A stretch of 64,000 nt of DNA from Candidatus Babeliales bacterium (GTDB lineage Bacteria > Babelota > Babeliae > Babelales > Chromulinivoraceae). The position numbers were made by a program, and so were the translations under genes. A model generated the notes under the pieces. The model had not been told where the DNA came from. It saw nothing but the letters and a program-made list of their open reading frames with translations, and did not search any database. Below, piece after piece: positions 58,259 to 64,000 of the stretch (its first letter is position 1; each line of letters starts with the position of its first letter). Where the stretch lies: contig JAGOSF010000005.1 of NCBI GenBank assembly GCA_018062405.1, forward strand, positions 34,720 to 98,719. Reading direction: 5' to 3'.

Positions 58259-58322
58259 TTGAAGTTACGTTATAGAAAACAAAGGCGGAGTAAAATCCGC
58301 CTTTATTAATTGACATAGTTTT

Positions 58323-58601
58323 TTATCGATTTTTTTCAAATGGGCGAGCATCATAAAAAAGTTCAATTTTTGTAATAAGTCCATTTTCAATGTTTAACAA
58401 TGCTGCTGTTTCGATTTTTCCAATAGGTTCTAGAAAATCCAACGTATAAACAACCATCGCTTGATTTTCATTGCCAAAGGTTGACCGTATTGTGAGCGCT
58501 GTGAAAAATGTAACAAATCTTTTTAGAGTTTCGACAAAAGCTTGCTTGCCTGTTACTATTGCCAAAGGAGCTACAAAAATTATTTTTGAACTTTTGCCCA
58601 A
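58323..58601 (-). pseudogene. SnoaL/NTF2-like protein, apparently 5'-truncated
   Basis: FVAPL...GKQA...FGNENQAMVVY...GLITKIELFYDARPF; no proper start, and overlaps the upstream gene's stop. Confidence 0.6.
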
Positions 58602-59059
58602 ACATCGATAATACTTTTAATCTGTCCATTCTCATTCAATTGTAATATTGCCATAGTAGTAGCGTTACCAACATGTACATGTTTCCATTCAAAATGAACA
58701 ACCACTGAGTTCGTTTCTACAGATGGCACAATTAATGCATGATCGATATCAATAGTCCAAGCTGCCTCAGTTGCTTGTGGATTGTCTTCTTTTTCGAACC
58801 CCTTCATTTGAGGTAATAGCAACTGCCGATCATTTGCAAACAATGTCGTTCGATTATCAATTTTTGTAAGGTTTTTAGCAAATAAAGTCGCAACTCGTCG
58901 GTCATCTAATTGCACAGAACGAGCACTTCCAACATCATGCACAAATTGCATATAACTTTGAGCTACTTGTATAAGCTGACTCGATTGTTCTTTTTCTTGT
59001 GCGTACATTGCATGAACATAGAAAATTATCGCGCAAAATAATCGCATTGTATTTTTCAT
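58580..59059 (-). CDS. Secreted NTF2-fold-like hypothetical protein (159 aa)
   Basis: Signal peptide; C-terminal LQLNENGQIKSIIDVW strand pattern. Confidence 0.6.
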   Translation of the reverse strand: MKNTMRLFCAIIFYVHAMYAQEKEQSSQLIQVAQSYMQFVHDVGSARSVQLDDRRVATLFAKNLTKIDNRTTLFANDRQLLLPQMKGFEKEDNPQATEAAWTIDIDHALIVPSVETNSVVVHFEWKHVHVGNATTMAILQLNENGQIKSIIDVWAKVQK

Positions 59060-59169
59060 CGTAAATCCGTATCAAATTTTGTTTATGAGGTTGTATACTA
59101 TTTTATCTTAATTTAAGTAAAAAAATAGGACCTCGATAATTGATACATATATCGAGGCCGTTAACTGTC

Positions 59170-59982
59170 TTATATGACAAAATCCAATCGTTTCTTTAAA
59201 TTTCGTAAACCTGCAAGAAGAATAATTATAGAGAAAATTGTAATTGTTGCTAAACAAAGCCAAAAATTCAAATAATCTGCTTGACCAAGCAATGCTACTC
59301 GCATCGCCTCTGTCACATAAATCATCGGATTAATTAAATTTATCCATGCAATTAAAGGTACAACGCTATACAATGAAAACCATGAAAATTGAAAGCCTCC
59401 CATAAACCACATAGGAAAAATAAAGCGACTCCACACTCTTCCAAGCTTCGACATATTATCAATAACACTTGCTGCCCAAATCGCAAAACATGCATAAAAT
59501 ATGTTTTGAACAATAATCGCAAGCAATAACTTAATATAATCAATCTTCATTAAATCCAATTGATTCCATAAACATACTTTACCAACAGGAAGCAATGCTA
59601 ACGAAAGTAAAAAATAAATAATAAAGAAATATCCTGCTTTACTTGCAATCGCAAGCCATGATGGAATTGGTAAGGTGAGATTATAATCGATAACCCGATC
59701 TCCTTGTAAATCACTGACAAAATCAACAACACTTGAATATAATTCAAATAAACCTACTGCTGCAAGAATTCCTCCAAACTGAAACACACCAAAATCAGCT
59801 TGCAATCCAAAGGAAGGCATAATATAACCAGTCACAAAAATTGTTAAAATAACCCAAATAGTAACGTCAATAAATTTATCAATAAACATTTGCTTAAAAA
59901 TAATAAGATCACTTAATATTAAATTTTTACAAACGTTAAAATAACTATTTTTATAGGTTATGTTGTTTTTTTGATTATTCAT
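59170..59982 (-). CDS. ABC-2 type exporter permease
   Basis: Six hydrophobic segments, INPMIYVTEAMR. Confidence 0.85.
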   Translation of the reverse strand: MNNQKNNITYKNSYFNVCKNLILSDLIIFKQMFIDKFIDVTIWVILTIFVTGYIMPSFGLQADFGVFQFGGILAAVGLFELYSSVVDFVSDLQGDRVIDYNLTLPIPSWLAIASKAGYFFIIYFLLSLALLPVGKVCLWNQLDLMKIDYIKLLLAIIVQNIFYACFAIWAASVIDNMSKLGRVWSRFIFPMWFMGGFQFSWFSLYSVVPLIAWINLINPMIYVTEAMRVALLGQADYLNFWLCLATITIFSIIILLAGLRNLKKRLDFVI

Positions 59983-60721
59983 GTTTCCCCGCTTTTAAAA
60001 GTTCAATAAACACATCTTCCAGATTCGTTTGTTGAAATTGAGCCATTAATTTATCTGGTGTATCAATAAGCTGAATTTTGCCTTTATCTAAAATACAAAC
60101 ACGATCAGAAAGTTTTTCTGCTTCATCAAGGTAATGAGTTGTCAGTAATACGGTAATTCCTTGATTTTTTAGTTCTTTAATCACATCCCATAAAGCTCTT
60201 CGAATATGCGGATCCAAGCCAACAGTTGGTTCGTCTAAAATAATAAGCTCGGGGTTATGAATTAAACTACGCGCAATCATAAAACGTTGCTTATATCCAC
60301 CAGAAAGAATTGATGCGGATTGTTGCAAATATTTTTCTAGCTCAAACTGTTTTGCTAAATCTTTAATTCGGGTATGTATGAGATCATCTGGTAATCCGTA
60401 ATATCTACCAGCAAACACAAGATTTTGTTCAAGTGTTAACATTGATTTAAGATTTGGTTTTTGTGGACAAAAACCAATTTGGGCTCGAAACGATTCGATG
60501 TTCTTATAGATCGATTCGCCTTTAAAAAGAATATCCCCAGACGTTGCAGGGTGCAAAGTTGCAATAATTCCTGATAATGTTGATTTGCCGGCACCATTAA
60601 CACCAAGTAAACTTAATATTTCACCTTTATTAATAGTTAACGTTACATCTTTGAGTGCTTCAATTTCACCTTGTTTTGTACTGTATTTTTTTTGTATGTT
60701 TTTAATTTGAAGTAACGACAT
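59975..60721 (-). CDS. ABC exporter ATP-binding subunit
   Basis: GVNGAGKS, LSGGYKQR, ILDEPTVGLDP, TTHY. Confidence 0.92.
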   Translation of the reverse strand: MSLLQIKNIQKKYSTKQGEIEALKDVTLTINKGEILSLLGVNGAGKSTLSGIIATLHPATSGDILFKGESIYKNIESFRAQIGFCPQKPNLKSMLTLEQNLVFAGRYYGLPDDLIHTRIKDLAKQFELEKYLQQSASILSGGYKQRFMIARSLIHNPELIILDEPTVGLDPHIRRALWDVIKELKNQGITVLLTTHYLDEAEKLSDRVCILDKGKIQLIDTPDKLMAQFQQTNLEDVFIELLKAGKHE

Positions 60722-61010
60722 AGAATTCCTTTATGCTTTACAATAAGCACATGAATCTTTGTATAAAAAGTTAGAGAGGAATAAGAAGGTTTTGAAAAAC
60801 ATGAACATTACAAACATCTCTAACAATAAAAATATACAAAGTGCATCATGTGCACAATAAACTTATTGTTATAAAAAAGATGTTTAATTGTTCATGGCGG
60901 GAAACTCCCTTAAAAAAAGTATTGATGTAATGATAGGTAATAGAATATCGTCTTACCTATCATTTAAAATATAAATGATTGAATTCAAAGTCAATCGAAT
61001 TTATGTAAAA

Positions 61011-61274
61011 TTATATTACAAGTTTTACCATAACAGATGATAATGTTTTATACAAAGACTTGCTTCCAGACTCAGGTAAAACATAAGATAGATTATTAAC
61101 TAAGCCGCCTTGTGCTTGCGCGATATTTTTCAAAGCGATGATTAACAGTTCTTGAGCCTTTTGTTTATCAACTTTTTTACATTCCTCGATTCCTTGATGA
61201 AAGTATGTATCAGCTTGTGATTCGTCTTTTAATATTTCGATCAATTCTTGTTGTGTTAAATTTTTGTATGACAT
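61011..61274 (-). CDS. Addiction-module antidote (HI1420-like) HTH protein, possibly truncated
   Basis: ...LLIIALKNIAQAQGG...SKSLYKTLS; start at MSYKNL, overlapping the TetR stop region. Confidence 0.55.
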   Translation of the reverse strand: MSYKNLTQQELIEILKDESQADTYFHQGIEECKKVDKQKAQELLIIALKNIAQAQGGLVNNLSYVLPESGSKSLYKTLSSVMVKLVI

Positions 61275-61275
61275 G

Positions 61276-61950
61276 TTAAGTTCCTTTATTTTGAGTTTCA
61301 TCACAATCACAATTTCCAGATTGTTGTATTGGTTTGACAATAAATTCAAATGATCCTGCAGGTGCTTGCAAAATTTGTTCGATTAATTTGGGGAAGGCTT
61401 TTGCTCTGCGATCGATTTCTTCCTGTGTGTAAGGTGCAATGCCTTTATCTGTTAAAAATTGCACAGCATATAGAATAAATTCTGCAGATTCGAGTGGAGC
61501 TTTTGTTTTAAAAATTCCTTCTTTGCAGCCTTGTTCGATGATCTGTGCATACAAGGGTGCTTGTTTTGCAAGCGTTGCAGTCAGGAGGCGCAGATGCATA
61601 ATATCGTTTGAGTGTCGGTGAAGATGGTTCAAAATGTTTTCGTTATCATTAAGAGTTGCAAGGTTGCCAATACTCATGAGCAGGAGCATTTTTTTTAAAG
61701 CATTACCAGATGTTTGCTCAATAAAGTTTTTCATTTCTTCGATGCTTTTATCGACTATATCTTCGATGACTGCTTGTAAAAGAGCTTCTTTTGACGGGAA
61801 ATAATGGTAGATGGTGCCTTTTGCTATGTTTAAACGAATTATAACATCTTGCATTGATGTTTTTTCATATTCTTGGGTTTGAAATAAATGACGGGCAGCT
61901 TCGATAATTTGAGCCCGTCGGCTTTCAGGCTTCTTTGTAATTCTGGACAT
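61276..61950 (-). CDS. TetR/AcrR-family transcriptional regulator
   Basis: RRAQIIEAARHLF...TSMQDV...AKGTIYHYFPSKEALL. Confidence 0.92.
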   Translation of the reverse strand: MSRITKKPESRRAQIIEAARHLFQTQEYEKTSMQDVIIRLNIAKGTIYHYFPSKEALLQAVIEDIVDKSIEEMKNFIEQTSGNALKKMLLLMSIGNLATLNDNENILNHLHRHSNDIMHLRLLTATLAKQAPLYAQIIEQGCKEGIFKTKAPLESAEFILYAVQFLTDKGIAPYTQEEIDRRAKAFPKLIEQILQAPAGSFEFIVKPIQQSGNCDCDETQNKGT

Positions 61951-61980
61951 GTTATTCTCCATAAGATTTATTATAGAGGT

Positions 61981-62009
61981 ATAATAGCAAGCGACTGACC
62001 GTCGGTCAA
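61981..62009 (-). promoter_or_regulatory. Sigma70-like promoter with overlapping TetR-type operator
   Basis: Minus strand TTGACC-17bp-TATTAT; palindrome TGACCG-T-CGGTCA (61996-62008) overlaps the -35 box. Confidence 0.7.
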
Positions 62010-62175
62010 TAAAATTATTTTAAAAAACAAAACGCATTGTTTTTTATATTTCGATAACTGTGTAGTGAGATCCAATAATTCCTGTTTTTGTATCAAAGTG
62101 AATGCGTAGGTCCATTGTTTCCTTGGTGAAACATTTAATATTTAATATATGTGGTCATTTTATTTGAAATGTTTT

Positions 62176-63117
62176 CTAACTCATGTTTACCGTATTGTGT
62201 TTGTATTCCTTTATAAATGTTCGAGCCTGCTCATGAGTATCAAATCCGTGGCATTTAATCCAATCATTTTCCTCGCGATAGACAAGTGCCCAACAATATC
62301 TACTTTGCATTGTTATCCATGATTCTATTAATTCTTTATAATTTTCATATGGCATTTGCAATGTATTATTTTTATTAACATATTCAGGAATTTTATCTCT
62401 TTCTGGCATGCGCTTTGTTTTAGAGCTATCAGCCCATTCAAAAGCACCAATATGAATCAGATCTTTTTCTTTATTGTGATATATGTATTCTTCGAATATA
62501 TAACTTGGTTTTAATAAAAGATCTCCTGGTGGATAGTTTTGTGCAAAAAACTGTTGTAAGTAATATAATAAAGATGTTGCATTGTGAAATTCAATCTCAA
62601 AACATCCATGAGCTGGCTTATGCAACAATAAACATTCTTTTATTTTCCGCTGGACTTTCTCAATATCAAAAGCATAATCAGCATCTTGATATTTTTTAAT
62701 AATTATCGGATCAGTTTCTAAAGAAACATGATTGTCTTCATGAATAACTATTAAAATAATATCTGGCTTACTCACTCGTAATTTTTCCCATTCAAATACA
62801 ATTTCTGTAAAATTTTTAACCGACATTTCAAAACATTTTTCAGGATCAAGATAATCTCCTGTATAAGTCTCATCAATCGAATTTGAAACATCATATAAAG
62901 CTATAACACCTCTTTCTTTATTGATGGAAACCCAGTCACTACTTCTCATCGTTTTTGTCTCATCCATCAACCAATCAATAAGTTCTCCTGGTCTAAAATT
63001 ATTACTTAATATTTTTGACACGGGAAAAAAACGCCAATCATTTGAAATTTTATTTAAAGCTTTAAAAGTATATACGTTATACTTTATATTTTTTTGCATT
63101 ATTACACATAACTTCAT
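62176..63117 (-). CDS. Two-domain immunity-like protein (313 aa)
   Basis: Starts 3 bp after the toxin stop. The C-terminal half (MPYENYKELIESW...ALVYREENDW...FDTHEQARTFI) aligns by eye with immunities 1-3. Confidence 0.7.
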   Translation of the reverse strand: MKLCVIMQKNIKYNVYTFKALNKISNDWRFFPVSKILSNNFRPGELIDWLMDETKTMRSSDWVSINKERGVIALYDVSNSIDETYTGDYLDPEKCFEMSVKNFTEIVFEWEKLRVSKPDIILIVIHEDNHVSLETDPIIIKKYQDADYAFDIEKVQRKIKECLLLHKPAHGCFEIEFHNATSLLYYLQQFFAQNYPPGDLLLKPSYIFEEYIYHNKEKDLIHIGAFEWADSSKTKRMPERDKIPEYVNKNNTLQMPYENYKELIESWITMQSRYCWALVYREENDWIKCHGFDTHEQARTFIKEYKHNTVNMS

Positions 63118-63120
63118 AAT

Positions 63121-63999
63121 TTATTTCTCAAAATTTTTTGAGCTTGGATAAGCTGATTTAATCATATTTTTTAAATTAATAATCATTTCTATAAATAACC
63201 CATTCGGAGCTTGACACAACAATTCTTTATTAGGATCACCAACCTCAGTCAAATCATCAATTATATTTTGAGATGCTTCAAAAATAATTTGAGCTGTTTC
63301 TTTTCGCGACCAACTTGGAGAAAAAAATGTTTTTCCTTTGCATATTATTCCATTACCAAAGTCTACATCTGCCATAAAACAATCTTTGCCCTCTACCCTA
63401 TTAATAAACTTACATAATCCAGATTTTTCCAAAGCCTCCAATTCATCGTGATGAAAACCATTTAAATGGATTTCTTTTATTGTCTGATTTGTAACATCCA
63501 ATTTAACTTGCAAGCTTGGATAAAAAATATGACGCATTTGCATCGTTAAATATTTATTTTCACCACTAAATTCTTCTAATCCCAAATATTTATCTTTAAA
63601 TAATGTCTGGAGTCGTTGAATGTCATCGGTAATATATTGTGGTACGATTGATAACTCCTGACATGTATTAAAAAGATCAATTACTTCTGGTAAAGCTTGA
63701 TTGTTCATCAACTTATCATATTGATTTGCAGTGTTTTTAAACATGAGTTCTTCATATTTTTGATTCATAGCTTTAATAACATTTTTACCAGTCTCTGTTT
63801 TTGCAAAATTTTTTGATAAAGTTTCTTTTGATACTTGATAAATTGAATTTACACCATTTTTAACGACATCACTTCCAGATTGTAAAAATATTTTGGCGAA
63901 AAGTGATTGTCCTGCTGAATTGATTAAGCCAGGTTCTGTGCCAGTAATTGCAGGCACTGGTTTTGGGTTCCAACCAGTACCAACCAAGTTTCTTTGTGG
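63121..63999 (-). CDS. EndoU-like toxin C-terminal region (frame open to the window edge)
   Basis: RHIFY...NGFHH...KGKTFFSPSWSRKETAQIIFEA...NGLFI...IKSAYP; no stop between 63987 and 64000. Confidence 0.8.
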   Translation of the reverse strand, partial: PQRNLVGTGWNPKPVPAITGTEPGLINSAGQSLFAKIFLQSGSDVVKNGVNSIYQVSKETLSKNFAKTETGKNVIKAMNQKYEELMFKNTANQYDKLMNNQALPEVIDLFNTCQELSIVPQYITDDIQRLQTLFKDKYLGLEEFSGENKYLTMQMRHIFYPSLQVKLDVTNQTIKEIHLNGFHHDELEALEKSGLCKFINRVEGKDCFMADVDFGNGIICKGKTFFSPSWSRKETAQIIFEASQNIIDDLTEVGDPNKELLCQAPNGLFIEMIINLKNMIKSAYPSSKNFEK

Positions 64000-64000
64000 C

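Overview
AT-rich bacterial window. The many signal-peptide hypotheticals and lone housekeeping genes suggest a host-associated lineage such as Babeliae/Dependentiae (TM6); this is inference only. Core genes: tRNA-Arg(CCT), dnaA, a LolC/E-type permease, a trxB-trx fusion, pepA, ftsW, murD, ileS and an ABC exporter. The left end (1-~4300) is the edge of a phage-satellite/ICE-like replication module: zinc-finger primase, P-loop ATPase, SpoVG-like gene and a possible regulator. The main feature is a ~13 kb island between murD and ftsW. It holds a signal-peptide-bearing polymorphic toxin with an EndoU-like C-terminus, followed by three silent alternative C-terminal cassettes. Each cassette starts with DNA homologous to the full-length gene, follows a conserved hairpin terminator and has its own immunity-like gene. 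A lone ERF-family single-strand-annealing gene closes the array and is a candidate cassette-swapping factor. A second EndoU toxin/immunity locus runs off the right edge, and an orphan immunity homologue sits behind ftsW. Other oddities: a two-hydrolase fusion with a stranded ancestral C-terminus, a lipoprotein-signal TrxR-Trx fusion, an FtsH-like AAA protein lacking HEXXH, a secreted atypical kinase, and very large secreted proteins of 2004 and 1109 aa. All family calls are by-eye motif recognition; no searches were run.
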